Of a stretch of 64,000 nt of DNA, positions 20,466 through 30,000 are shown piece after piece. Position numbers and translations under genes: made by a program. The DNA is taken from the NCBI GenBank assembly GCA_023129115.1, contig JAGMCR010000003.1, positions 64,001-128,000 of the forward strand, in the 5' to 3' direction. Under the pieces are notes generated by a model. That model saw nothing but the letters and a program-made list of their open reading frames with translations, was not told the origin of the DNA and did no database searches. This stretch comes from Candidatus Iainarchaeum sp. GTDB lineage: Archaea; B1Sed10-29; WALL01. Position 1 is the first letter of the stretch, and each line of letters begins with the position of its first letter.

Positions 20466-20734
20466 TTTATCAGTCTTTTGACCGAGTCAGCGTCTTTTGC
20501 CGTCAGCAGCGCCTTGCGCCGCGACTTGTGACCTGAAATGATTTTGACTTCTGCGGAAAGCATCTTTCCCAGCTCAGTAACGAGTTCCTGGTTTGCCTTC
20601 CCTTCAATTGCTTTGCTTTTTACTTTGACTTTGATGTCTCCTGTCCATTCGTCCTCGCCGGCGATTTGAAATTCCTTGCTGCCGGGGACGACGCGGACAT
20701 TGATGACTGCCCCCTTCGGGGTCTGTTTTATCAC
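20462..20734 (-). CDS. DUF167/UPF0235 family protein
   Basis: VRVVPGS...GKANQELV...IISGHKSRRK; start uncertain (GTG at 20734 or 20743). Confidence 0.9.
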   Translation of the reverse strand: MIKQTPKGAVINVRVVPGSKEFQIAGEDEWTGDIKVKVKSKAIEGKANQELVTELGKMLSAEVKIISGHKSRRKALLTAKDADSVKRLIK

Positions 20735-20754
20735 TCTTATCACATTGTGAGTGG

Positions 20755-20880
20755 GAGTGTCGCCCCGCTGTAACACCCTTGGTCATGGGCCGAAGCCTTC
20801 CAGGGCTGACCCGCGGGGCTGTACTGCTCCTTGTTGACAACAACGGCATTGCCCGAAGGCTTCGAAGTGCCATCCAGAAG
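20755..20880. ncRNA. Putative structured RNA element (unassigned)
   Basis: Nested stems GCCCCGC/GCGGGGC and GGTCA/TGACC, two C(UUCG)G hairpins on the minus strand; no convincing ORF. Confidence 0.4.
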
Positions 20881-20943
20881 CAGCTGAAGGTATTGCTAAT
20901 GCTGCCCTTTATAAAGGTTCCTGTAAGGTTGTTGCAAATGGGC

Positions 20944-21654
20944 TTATCGGGGCTTCGGGGGCTTGAATCCCTTTAATTTGCCCCAGTTCTCCTCGTGGTG
21001 GTCGTGGAGCACGCCAATCTGGGCGTCTATTCGGTTTATTTCGTTTAGCCGGTGCTCCATCTCTTCTGCGATGAATGCTTCTTTTGCCTTACGCACGTCA
21101 ATGTCCCCGATTTTTTTTGCCTCGGAGAGCTTGAGCAAGTCCAGCAAAATGCCTTTTTGCTCCTTAAGGCCTATTGCCTTTTTTATCCGCTCACGCGCCT
21201 GCATGAGAAACAAAAACGATGCGCCGGTCGCGCCAACGTTGAAGATGGTATCTGATATCAACTGCGTTTCGCTGTAGGTGTCTGTCTTGAGTAGAACCAT
21301 GGGCACAACAAAAGCGGCGGCAAGGCTCGCCCCAGCCGCCACAGTGCTGGCGGCTATGCTGATCTTGTTTTTGATTATGTCTTTCTTGATTCCCTTGAGC
21401 CTTTCCTCAATTCCCTCGCCTTGCAGCGTGCCGTTGCCCACGTCGTTAAGCAAGTCATAGACGGCTTGATGCGCGTCCCTTATCTTTCTGAGGTTCTTCA
21501 TCCACTTGCTCGTGAAAAACCGGGTCTTTGGCTTCTTGCTGCAAAGCCTGTCGGTAATCTTGCTCAATCGCTTTGCGCCCTCGTATTCCTTCATCACGTC
21601 GCGCGGCAGGTATTTCTGGGGCTTGGCCATGGCAAGGATTAGGGCGAGCGGCAT
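20944..21654 (-). CDS. Hypothetical protein with two central TM helices
   Basis: Long ORF; central hydrophobic hairpin flanked by charged helices. Confidence 0.7.
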   Translation of the reverse strand: MPLALILAMAKPQKYLPRDVMKEYEGAKRLSKITDRLCSKKPKTRFFTSKWMKNLRKIRDAHQAVYDLLNDVGNGTLQGEGIEERLKGIKKDIIKNKISIAASTVAAGASLAAAFVVPMVLLKTDTYSETQLISDTIFNVGATGASFLFLMQARERIKKAIGLKEQKGILLDLLKLSEAKKIGDIDVRKAKEAFIAEEMEHRLNEINRIDAQIGVLHDHHEENWGKLKGFKPPKPR

Positions 21655-22464
21655 TTAAGCTTTTTTCGCCAGATAGGCCACGATGTCGGTCTTGGTGATG
21701 ATGCCCTTCAACTCGTTGTTGTCGATTACGACGATTGAGCCGATTCCCCGCTCGAGCATTAGCTTCGCGGCTGAGGCGGCGTCGCTCTTCGATGGGATGG
21801 TGTAGAGCTCTTGTTGCATCAGGTCCTCTACGATTGCGGGCTTGAAGTACACGGCCCGTGACTTGCCCTTGTCGCGCGGGTAGACCAGCTTGTCTGGCCG
21901 CAGGCCGTAGGTCGAGAGCGCGAGGTCGCGCGCCGTGAGGATGCCGATGGGCTTGCCGTCTATTACGACGAGGCGGCCGATGTCGTGCTCCTCCATCTCC
22001 TTGGCCGCGCGGAAAATCGAGTGGAACTTGCCGATGGTCTGGACGCTCGTTTTCATCAAGTCCGCGACAGCTGCTTCGCCTGGATAGTTCTTGACAAAGT
22101 AGCTGGTGAGGTCGGTCTTCGTGATTATGCCGAGGACCTGCTTGTTCTCCGAGTCGAAGACTATGACGGCGGGGGAGTTCGTGTCGGCAAAAAGCCCTGC
22201 CACTTCTTCCGGGGTGGTGTTCGGCCCGGTGAGCGCAACGTCCTCCTGCATAATCTCGGATGCCTTGACCGCGTCAATGGGCTCGTGCAGGCGGTAAAGC
22301 GCGTCGCTGATGCCGCGCTCGGTGACGACGCCGATGACTGTGCCCTTGTCGATTACGGGCAGCGTGGAAATCTTGTGCTGCACCAAGTGCCTGCGCACGT
22401 GTGCCACAGTGTCTTCAGGCCCGACGAAGTAGACGTCGCCCGTCATTATGTCCATAGCGTTCAT
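21655..22464 (-). CDS. CBS-domain protein (4 CBS)
   Basis: Repeated motifs LPVID...GVVT, GIITKTD, GRLVV...GILT. Confidence 0.93.
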   Translation of the reverse strand: MNAMDIMTGDVYFVGPEDTVAHVRRHLVQHKISTLPVIDKGTVIGVVTERGISDALYRLHEPIDAVKASEIMQEDVALTGPNTTPEEVAGLFADTNSPAVIVFDSENKQVLGIITKTDLTSYFVKNYPGEAAVADLMKTSVQTIGKFHSIFRAAKEMEEHDIGRLVVIDGKPIGILTARDLALSTYGLRPDKLVYPRDKGKSRAVYFKPAIVEDLMQQELYTIPSKSDAASAAKLMLERGIGSIVVIDNNELKGIITKTDIVAYLAKKA

Positions 22465-22470
22465 GCTGGC

Positions 22471-23007
22471 TCACTCCCTGCACTCTGGGCACTTCAGCAC
22501 GCCTTGCATATTGACCAGCTCCTCGGAAAACGCGTTGCACGTCTCGCACACGCCAGAAATCTTGCGCACTTCCTTTTCGGGGAGGCCGCAGCGCATCTCG
22601 ACTGCCTCTGCGACGAGCTCGAAGAGCGCCGGCGAGACCGCGATTATGTCTGTTTCGGTCACGATGCCGACCAATTTGTTGTTGTCGACGACTGGGAGGC
22701 GCTTGATTTTCAGGTCGCGCATTACCTGGCTCGCCTTCTGCAGGTCAACGGTGGATTCAATTGTGCGGATTGGGTGGCTCATCACTTCCTTTATCAGGAT
22801 TTTTTTTGCGTCCTTGTGGTCGTAGAAGACGCGCTCGAGGAGGTTGCTGTCCGTCAGGATGCCGATTGGGTTGTGGTCCTCGGCCACAATGACCGAGCCT
22901 ATGTCGAGTTCGACCATGTACTTCAGGGCTTTTTCGCAGTTGTCGCCCGGCTTCACCGTGACGACGCTTTTTCGCATCACGTCAGCTATTTTGACTCCAA
23001 TTTGCAT
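22471..23007 (-). CDS. CBS-pair protein with C-terminal zinc ribbon
   Basis: IGSVIV, KRLPVVD...GIVTETD, then GVCETC...KCPEC. Confidence 0.93.
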   Translation of the reverse strand: MQIGVKIADVMRKSVVTVKPGDNCEKALKYMVELDIGSVIVAEDHNPIGILTDSNLLERVFYDHKDAKKILIKEVMSHPIRTIESTVDLQKASQVMRDLKIKRLPVVDNNKLVGIVTETDIIAVSPALFELVAEAVEMRCGLPEKEVRKISGVCETCNAFSEELVNMQGVLKCPECRE

Positions 23008-23011
23008 TTGC

Positions 23012-23119
23012 TCACTCCTTTCCCTCTTTTTCCTTGAGCTCTTTCTCGCAGCGGCGGCAGATGCCGTTCTTGAGCTTGGCGTACTTGCCGCAGATGGAGC
23101 AGTTGGCCTGGACCTTCAT
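23012..23119 (-). CDS. Small zinc-finger protein (35 aa), not in ORF track
   Basis: MKVQANCSICGKYAKLKNGICRRCEKELKEKEGKE; TTATATA about 25 bp upstream (leaderless); ends 4 bp before the CBS gene. Confidence 0.7.
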   Translation of the reverse strand: MKVQANCSICGKYAKLKNGICRRCEKELKEKEGKE

Positions 23120-23236
23120 AACTGAGTATAGGGGAAGGAGGTATATAAGGGTAGTGTGGGGCTACTGGTGCAGGCTGGCGCCCTAGTGTGCCCACCGCGT
23201 GCAAATCCTAAGGGCCACGTTTGGGCCGGGCACTTT

Positions 23237-23740
23237 TTACCTCACCATTGACTGCAGGTTATGGAGCTCTTTTGGGTGGGGCTCTTCGTCTGGGTAGCCG
23301 AGTGCAATCAGGCAGATTGGGAAGATGTTTTCCCCGACGCCGAGCGCCTTTTGGATTTTGGCGCTGAGTGGGGAGTCGTCATAGCGCATCGCTATCCAGC
23401 ACGCGCCGAGGCCGAGGGCGTGCGCCGCGAGGAGCATGTTTTCGGCCGCGATTGCGCCGTCTGCAATCCAGCGCCTGGGGGACTTTGAGAGGTCGACGCA
23501 GACGCCGACGAGCACTGGCGCGTCGACCATCCAGTGTGAGGGGTGCGGCTTCTTGAGCGTGGAAAGCTCTTGTTTTTGCTTGCGGTCCTTCACTATGACG
23601 AATAGCCATGGCTCGCCGTCACACGCAGAAGGGGCGTGGCGCGCGCAGTCAAGGACTTCGTTCAGCAGCTCTCGCGGCACCGGCTTCGGCTTGAACTTGC
23701 GGATTGAGCGGCGGGTTTTTATGCACGTGATTGCGTCCAT
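23237..23740 (-). CDS. Nitroreductase family protein
   Basis: RRSIRKF, APSA...PWLF, AENMLLAAHALGLGACW. Confidence 0.95.
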   Translation of the reverse strand: MDAITCIKTRRSIRKFKPKPVPRELLNEVLDCARHAPSACDGEPWLFVIVKDRKQKQELSTLKKPHPSHWMVDAPVLVGVCVDLSKSPRRWIADGAIAAENMLLAAHALGLGACWIAMRYDDSPLSAKIQKALGVGENIFPICLIALGYPDEEPHPKELHNLQSMVR

Positions 23741-24040
23741 TCAAAACGCCTGCTGCGGGGCTGCTTCCCCGCCTTGGGGGGATGCCGCCGGCTTCGCCGC
23801 AGGCATCCCCCTGGTTTCTGCTTCGGGACCGGGCGCTTCTGCCTTTTCTATGCAGCGGATGTTCGAGAACGGAATGAAGCACGTTCGCTTTTCCTCTTCA
23901 CTGTCCTCGAAAGAGACAGTGACCCCAGCGTCGTTCACGCCGAGCAGGTCGGCGTAAATGCGCACGGGCTCTTCGTCGTCAATTGGCGCTTTCAAAACAA
24001 CAATTGCGTTTCCTGTAAAACCAATGTCCATGCTTTTCAC
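23741..24040 (-). CDS. Hypothetical small beta-rich protein
   Basis: Abuts neighbours; FIPFSNIRCIE is reminiscent of Sm/SH3-like folds. Confidence 0.65.
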   Translation of the reverse strand: MKSMDIGFTGNAIVVLKAPIDDEEPVRIYADLLGVNDAGVTVSFEDSEEEKRTCFIPFSNIRCIEKAEAPGPEAETRGMPAAKPAASPQGGEAAPQQAF

Positions 24041-24510
24041 CTGTTGATAACTTTTGGCAGGTCTTTGCTTGCCCCTGTCTTGACTATGTTGAGAAATTTG
24101 GTGAGGATGGCCCTGTTGGCCGCGGGCAGCTCCACTCTCAAGACGTGGAGGGTGTCGTGTTCGCCTGCCGCCACCTCGACCGTCGCGGTGGTTTTCTCGC
24201 CATTATACCGCTCTACCAAATTTTTTGCCTGGGCCTGGAACGTGTTTCTTGCTTTCTCGCTTGTGAAATACAATTCAATTGTGTGGATTCCCTCATTGTT
24301 GTGCATGACGTTCACGTGAGAAAAGTCGCGCAAGTACGAAAACTCGCTTTCCCCGAACTCCTTTAAAGACTCGCGTGTGGGCAAGTAGTTGTCGACCCAA
24401 AGTTTCCTTCTTTTTCCTTTGACGTTGAACCAGAATTTTTCTCTCGGCCTGCTGACCAAAAACCCGGCTTCTCCCCGGGTTCTTATGTCCACCAACTCTG
24501 GCTTCTTCAT
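24037..24510 (-). CDS. Hypothetical protein
   Basis: Fills the gap in a co-directional gene run. Confidence 0.65.
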   Translation of the reverse strand: MKKPELVDIRTRGEAGFLVSRPREKFWFNVKGKRRKLWVDNYLPTRESLKEFGESEFSYLRDFSHVNVMHNNEGIHTIELYFTSEKARNTFQAQAKNLVERYNGEKTTATVEVAAGEHDTLHVLRVELPAANRAILTKFLNIVKTGASKDLPKVINR

Positions 24511-24516
24511 AACGAA

Positions 24517-24864
24517 TCACAAAAGCTTGTATTTTGAGAAGAACTTGTCGATTTCAATCTCAGGCGCTGGGCCTACGCCGAGCGCGGTCAGCGTGCCGGG
24601 CGGGATTTGGGTGTGGCCCGCGTCAGTGATGAGCGTGGAGGGGATTAGGTTCTTGACTTCCTCGAATAATTCAGTAAGCTCTTCCTTGGAGCCGACGCGC
24701 AGCACAATTTTCTTCATTCCCTCTGCGAGCCAGAGTGTGGCCCACTCCGGCTTTTTCTTGGCGGTGCGGAGGTAGGCCTCGATGGAGGCGTGCGCCCCCT
24801 GGGCAACGAGCTTGCCCTTGCCCATTTCGAGGTCCGTGCGCAAAACAATTGCTTGCTTGAACAA
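24517..24864 (-). CDS. pth2: Peptidyl-tRNA hydrolase Pth2
   Basis: KQAIVLRTDLEMGKGKLVAQGAHAS, DAGHTQI; TTG start with AGGTGG SD. Confidence 0.96.
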   Translation of the reverse strand: MFKQAIVLRTDLEMGKGKLVAQGAHASIEAYLRTAKKKPEWATLWLAEGMKKIVLRVGSKEELTELFEEVKNLIPSTLITDAGHTQIPPGTLTALGVGPAPEIEIDKFFSKYKLL

Positions 24865-24866
24865 TG

Positions 24867-25535
24867 CTACCACCTGTTGAACTCTCCTAGGTAAGTGCCG
24901 TCGATGAGTGTGAGCTTCGCGCCCTCGAGGTCGACCCACTTTTCGTCGATTTTGTTGAGTGTGACGCCGCCGAGCAGCCTATTGAACGATGGCATGATTA
25001 ATAAAGGCTTGCCGAACGCGTGGGCCTCGACCCACATCTTTTCAGTCGTCCTCCCGCCGACAGAGTCGCGGAACTCGAACACCGGGTGCCAGTGCGACGC
25101 GACGAGGTGGGACGCATTTTCCACGTCACTGCGGAGCGGCCTGGCGTGGCCGTGGAACAATAAGTGGTCGCGGTAGGTGAAGCCGCGCGAGCCATAGACC
25201 TCAAGCCCCTCGAGCAATGGCTTCAGGCCCGCGTCGTGGTTGCCGAGGACGATGCGGAGCTCGGTGAGGCGGGAGAGGGTGGAGAGCAGCAGCGGGATTT
25301 CCTTGGCCTCCTGGCTGCTCAGGCTGGCGATGCGGTGCTTCAGGTCGCCGAGCACGAACAATTTTTTGGCGCGCGTCTGCTCGATGAGGGCGGTTATGTC
25401 GGACAGCATGCGCTTCGTGAGCGAGGGCAGGCGCACGCCCTTGGCGTGGAGCTCCTGCTCCAGGCCGATGTGCAGGTCGGCGATTACGAGGGCGTCGCGA
25501 ATCAAAAGCGCGGGCTTGCCGGGAACGAACTTCAT
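24867..25535 (-). CDS. Calcineurin-like metallophosphoesterase (ICC-like)
   Basis: ADLHIG, GDLKH, GNHD, HGH, HWHP, MPSFN. Confidence 0.93.
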   Translation of the reverse strand: MKFVPGKPALLIRDALVIADLHIGLEQELHAKGVRLPSLTKRMLSDITALIEQTRAKKLFVLGDLKHRIASLSSQEAKEIPLLLSTLSRLTELRIVLGNHDAGLKPLLEGLEVYGSRGFTYRDHLLFHGHARPLRSDVENASHLVASHWHPVFEFRDSVGGRTTEKMWVEAHAFGKPLLIMPSFNRLLGGVTLNKIDEKWVDLEGAKLTLIDGTYLGEFNRW

Positions 25536-25620
25536 TGGATAATTGGGGGTTGGGGGAGTATAAAAGGGTTTTTCGGGTGATGGTATTTATTGGCTAAAAG
25601 CAATAAGTATAGTGAGTTAA

Positions 25621-26856
25621 ATGCCGAGGAAAAGAGGAGGCAAAGGGCGCGGGGCGCGATACGAAAAGGAGCGAAAAGAAGAACGGAAGGACTATAAAGA
25701 CCGGGTAGAGTGGACAGAGTATAAAGAGGGGGTGAAGTGGGAGAAGCCCAAACGCGGGGCGCTGGAGCCACGGGGCCTGGCAGAGGCTAGAAAAGCCAAG
25801 GAAAAGGCGAGGGCGGCTTTAATCAAGGGCGTTACTGGGGAGATTAAGAAAGACTTCGAGAAAGAGGGTATGGAAATTGAGTGGGAGGCGCCGGAAGGCG
25901 AGCTCCGAGAGGGCTGGAGAAAGGACTTCCAGGAAAAGATGAGGGCGGGGGTGACCGAGAAGGTCATGGAAGAGATTGAGAAGGATATTGAGGCGGACCT
26001 CGAGGGAGAGCAAAAATGGGACGAGCCGGAGTGGATTGACAAGGAAATCCGGGCGCCGGAAGAGCCGGGAGTCGAGCGGGAGGAGCCGGGTGGAATCCTC
26101 GAAAACTTCAAAAAAACCATTGAACAGGACTTGGAATCGGGTGGGGGGAAGTTTGGCAGTTTTTTCCACAGCGGTGTTGACTACGGGCAAGTCGAGGAAA
26201 GCGTCAAGGAAGCGTTTAAAGACCACCCGGATTACCCTGCGTCGGGTAGTGGGTACCGACATGTGGATGTCAAAAACATAAAAGAGCCGAAGGTCGGGAC
26301 ACCGACGGCGAATCGGACTGAGCACGACCCCGGGAACCCGGAGCCGAGGCCCGGGACACGGGTGGAGCGGTTTGAAGGCAATTTAGAGCACGGCGACATA
26401 AGGATTGCCCACGGCAAGCTGACGGACGCGAATAACAAGCCGATTAAAATGGAGCAGATTCTTGAGAACGTCCATGATGGGTATAAGGGGCAGAATGCAT
26501 ATATGATAAATGTTATACGGAAAGTAAGGCCTAGCCTGGCTGAGCGCGAAAACTTCAGGACAGACGAGAATCATGGCGACAGGACAGTTAACGCACAAGT
26601 GGCAATTGTGCTGCCCGAAAGGGAGTACTTGAGGGTGAAGGAAGCGCTTGACGAGAACCCGATGGCCGCGCAGGAGCTGTTGGCCGACGTCCACGCAGAC
26701 TGGCAGAAAAAGCAGGACCCGGGGGTGGAGCCAAAGACAATGGAGCTCCAGACCGGAGAATTGCAGATGGCAACAATTAACTTTGTGGCAAAGAAAGAAG
26801 AGTTTGGGTCGCCCAAAAAGAAGGGGCTGCTCTCCCTTTTCAAGAAGAAAAAATAG
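25621..26856 (+). CDS. Hypothetical charged protein with C-terminal amphipathic helix
   Basis: 411-aa ORF; E/K/W-rich N-terminal half; ends KKKGLLSLFKKKK. Confidence 0.75.
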   Translation: MPRKRGGKGRGARYEKERKEERKDYKDRVEWTEYKEGVKWEKPKRGALEPRGLAEARKAKEKARAALIKGVTGEIKKDFEKEGMEIEWEAPEGELREGWRKDFQEKMRAGVTEKVMEEIEKDIEADLEGEQKWDEPEWIDKEIRAPEEPGVEREEPGGILENFKKTIEQDLESGGGKFGSFFHSGVDYGQVEESVKEAFKDHPDYPASGSGYRHVDVKNIKEPKVGTPTANRTEHDPGNPEPRPGTRVERFEGNLEHGDIRIAHGKLTDANNKPIKMEQILENVHDGYKGQNAYMINVIRKVRPSLAERENFRTDENHGDRTVNAQVAIVLPEREYLRVKEALDENPMAAQELLADVHADWQKKQDPGVEPKTMELQTGELQMATINFVAKKEEFGSPKKKGLLSLFKKKK

Positions 26857-26913
26857 CTTCTCGGCAAGCCATAGGACGGCGGTTTTTAAAGGCTTTTCGC
26901 GTAGTATAACGCA

Positions 26914-27939
26914 GTGGCAGTGGAAAAGCTAATCAAGTACTTGGGCGCGAAGTACGACGAGACCAAGCTAGTGCCCCCAACGACCATGAAGTCGACCGAG
27001 AGCAGGGAGTACAAGCTTTATCCGCTTGGCGCGGAGAGCTTTGTTAATTATGAGCCCAAGGAAATAAGGGGAAAGTTCACTGTGCTCGCCGTGGACAGCG
27101 GGAGCACGGCGCTGTTCGACACGCCGTACTGGGGGGTTGGCCTGCTGAAGCTCAAGGCGAGGCTGATTGAGTTTGACCCCGCGAGGAAGCGGGCGGACAC
27201 AATAAATCAGGACTCGAGCGAGCGGTTCTGCTTGTTTCTCGAGGACGACGGCGACGGGGGGGACATTGTTACGCGGGAGTTCTGGGAGAAAGGAAATTAC
27301 CTGAAGAGGGAGGAAATGGGCTTTGTGCGCGAGCAGCTCGGGAAGAATTGGCTTGGGGACGAAGACCTGCTCTTGATTGACGGCGCGCTTAGCATCCAGA
27401 CCGCGTACGAAAAGGAAATTGTTAGGGCACACCCAAATGTTGTTGGCGTGAGCAAGCGCAGTGGGCTTCGGATTAACCGGTATTCTGCGTCGAGCTTTTT
27501 GATGATGCAGGCGGTCCAGCACGGCAAGTCGGCAAGGCCGTGGTTCTGCCACCCGCTTGTGAAGGAGTACCCCGGGAAAGAGCCGGTCGCGGAAGTCATG
27601 TTCGCGTCGTTCACTCCCAACAGCAGGTATGCGTTTAGGGTCGACTTTCCGTTCCAAATAACTGAGCTGAACCCCAGCGAGCAAGAGAAGAGGATTGCGG
27701 GGGAATTGTCGAAGATTGGCTTGTTTTCGCTGGACCCGAAGTACCGGGGGTACCCCTATCCTTTGGGCGCGGTGCACACTGACTCGGTCACGCGGCCCAT
27801 TGACCGGGACCGGGCGCGGGTTTTCGTGCAGCAGACGCTCGAGGAAGCGGATTTGCCTGGTGAGGCGTATGAGTTGATAAAGAAAGACATCGAAAATGAA
27901 TACTGGTACGACAAGTTTCGGAAGAGGAGCAATAAATGA
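26914..27939 (+). CDS. nurA: NurA-family nuclease
   Basis: LAVDSGS, LLIDGAL, VGVSKRS, FRVDF, GYPYPLGAVH. Confidence 0.85.
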   Translation: MAVEKLIKYLGAKYDETKLVPPTTMKSTESREYKLYPLGAESFVNYEPKEIRGKFTVLAVDSGSTALFDTPYWGVGLLKLKARLIEFDPARKRADTINQDSSERFCLFLEDDGDGGDIVTREFWEKGNYLKREEMGFVREQLGKNWLGDEDLLLIDGALSIQTAYEKEIVRAHPNVVGVSKRSGLRINRYSASSFLMMQAVQHGKSARPWFCHPLVKEYPGKEPVAEVMFASFTPNSRYAFRVDFPFQITELNPSEQEKRIAGELSKIGLFSLDPKYRGYPYPLGAVHTDSVTRPIDRDRARVFVQQTLEEADLPGEAYELIKKDIENEYWYDKFRKRSNK

Positions 27940-28373
27940 AAGGCGGAGAACCGGTGTGGCACGGTACAGTCAAGGGCCGAAGGGGGAAAATGAAAATAAA
28001 AGTGGTTCGCACGCGAGTTAAAGCAAAAGAGACATTTGACGACCACGAACACTTCAAGTTGGTGGTAACTAGGCTAAGAGGGGAAAAAATACTCGCGACA
28101 GCAGAATATGGCTACAATCCAATCAACGCATATTTGTCAGATTTTGATGTCACAAAAAACTGCCGGGGTAGGGGGATTGGCACCAAGCTCTGCAGGCTCG
28201 CTGTCGAGCATATTGAAGAAGTGATGGAAACGCGACCGCCGGCGCAACTGGGGATATTCGCCCCCCTCCACCCAACTGAAGAAATGGTGGAAGTGCTATC
28301 AAGAATACTTGGTAAACACGGCTTCAGGCCAGAGGATTATGGCTGGAGAAAGCCGGCTAAAGACGAGGAATAA
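27936..28373 (+). CDS. GNAT-family acetyltransferase
   Basis: Motif A VTKNCRGRGIGTKL; ATGA overlap with nurA. Confidence 0.75.
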   Translation: MKGGEPVWHGTVKGRRGKMKIKVVRTRVKAKETFDDHEHFKLVVTRLRGEKILATAEYGYNPINAYLSDFDVTKNCRGRGIGTKLCRLAVEHIEEVMETRPPAQLGIFAPLHPTEEMVEVLSRILGKHGFRPEDYGWRKPAKDEE

Positions 28374-28375
28374 AC

Positions 28376-29938
28376 ATGAAGGTCGGGAAAGTCGATTACT
28401 TCGACGGTGACAAGAGGAAAGTATATTTTTTTGTAGAGGGAATGGTCGAGGAAGAGGGCTTCTACAAAATCCGGAGCGACGGCAAAGTGTTCTACATATT
28501 CGTGACCAGCCTGAGTGAGGTGCCGATGGACTCTGCGCTGCGGGCTAGGTACAGCGAGGAGGACTACTCGTTCGACCAGGAGGAACGGTACTTGATGTAC
28601 GCCACGGCGAGCGTGCTGATGGAGTACCGCGTGGACGGCGGGCGGAAGATTGTTGGGTACAAGACCATTCCGAGGCACAACGACGCGGTCGAGCTGCTGG
28701 AGCACGACGACTTCGACGTCCTGGGCCTGCCGAAGCTGGACTTCGCGTACGTGAGGAGCGGGAGCGAAAAGCTGGACACGACCGTGGGGTTCGACAGGAA
28801 GGCGTACATAACGCACTGGCTGCTGTGCGGGTGGACGAACAGCGGGAAAACCAATGCCGCGAAGGTCTTGCTGAACGTTACGCTGAAGGGCGACGGCGAG
28901 CCGTTCGCCGGCGGCATAATCATTGACCCGCACGGCGAGTATTATGGCGATTTAAAGCACTTCAACCAGGTCGGCGCGCCAAGGGTTTTTCATTATACTG
29001 TGGGGGCAAACGCGGGCGACCCGCACGAAAAGGAATTGGAAGTGTCGTTCTACAATATTTACCCTGGCTACCTCATGGAGGTGTACGACTTCAGGGAGGA
29101 CACACAGCTGAGCTTCATGAACATCTGCCGCAGGCAGAAGGGCGGGAAGTGGATTCCGTACATCATGAACAACGAGGCGGAAGGAATGAAGGCTGGGCTC
29201 GTCGGCGCCGACAGGATTCCAGGAATTGACCTGATAATCGGCGCGACGAGGGGGCGTGTCAGCAGCATTTTCCGCGATGACGACATCTGGGTCAAGGAGC
29301 CGAACGGGTTCCTGAACAGCGTGATGGACGGGGTCGCGCGCGGGAACTGGTACATTATCGATGTTTCCGCTGTTGGGAACAAAAGCGCAAAGATTGTGAC
29401 GAGCATGCTGGCGCGGTCAATGTTCAGGAAGTACAAGCACGCATGCACCAAAAAGAAAAAGGAGTGGGAAAAGTACAAGCCCGCCGGGATATTGGTCGAG
29501 GAGGCGCACAACTACCTGTCGCCTGAAGAGACGAGCAAGGGCAACATCATCGCCAAGATTGCGAAGGAGGGCAGGAAGTTCAAGGTGTTCACAATCATTG
29601 TCGAGCAGGACCCAAGCGGAATCGACCAGCGGATACTGAAGCAGGTGCACAACAAAGTTATTTTGCAGCTGATTCCGAAGGACGCGAGGGCGATTTGCGA
29701 GACAACGCCGTACGTGGCAGAGCTCGAGAAGAAGATTCCGTACTATAGCATTGGGGAAGGCGTGTTCGTGTCGACGGGCTCGTTCAACTTCGCGCTGCCA
29801 GTCAAGTTCCCGACCGTGGGGGAGTGGGTCGAGGGCAACGGCGGCAAGTGCAGGAAGTGCGGAAAGCCCACCATGGGCAAGGAATGCGTGGAATGCCAAG
29901 TCTCTGGCGCCACGCGGGACGCCGCGGCTTTTCTCTAG
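28376..29938 (+). CDS. herA: HerA-like ATPase with C-terminal zinc ribbon
   Basis: Walker A GWTNSGKT, IIDPHGEY, Walker B LVEEAHNY, AKEGRKF; C-terminal CRKC...CVEC. Confidence 0.88.
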   Translation: MKVGKVDYFDGDKRKVYFFVEGMVEEEGFYKIRSDGKVFYIFVTSLSEVPMDSALRARYSEEDYSFDQEERYLMYATASVLMEYRVDGGRKIVGYKTIPRHNDAVELLEHDDFDVLGLPKLDFAYVRSGSEKLDTTVGFDRKAYITHWLLCGWTNSGKTNAAKVLLNVTLKGDGEPFAGGIIIDPHGEYYGDLKHFNQVGAPRVFHYTVGANAGDPHEKELEVSFYNIYPGYLMEVYDFREDTQLSFMNICRRQKGGKWIPYIMNNEAEGMKAGLVGADRIPGIDLIIGATRGRVSSIFRDDDIWVKEPNGFLNSVMDGVARGNWYIIDVSAVGNKSAKIVTSMLARSMFRKYKHACTKKKKEWEKYKPAGILVEEAHNYLSPEETSKGNIIAKIAKEGRKFKVFTIIVEQDPSGIDQRILKQVHNKVILQLIPKDARAICETTPYVAELEKKIPYYSIGEGVFVSTGSFNFALPVKFPTVGEWVEGNGGKCRKCGKPTMGKECVECQVSGATRDAAAFL

Positions 29939-30000
29939 CCCCAAACCCCAACGCTTATAAAGGGCTTGTTTTACAATTGAATCGCTTTCGGGGTGAGCAT

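Noticed and set aside
20740-20960. SRP RNA or RNase P RNA identity for the structured element
   Set aside because: No intact helix-8 CCAGG...GGAA...AGCA or GAGGAAAGUCC/ACAGAA cores; only partial look-alikes.
23160-23236. GC-rich hairpins as an HDV-like ribozyme or sRNA
   Set aside because: Could not build the nested double pseudoknot; the nearby TATA fits the minus-strand zinc-finger gene.
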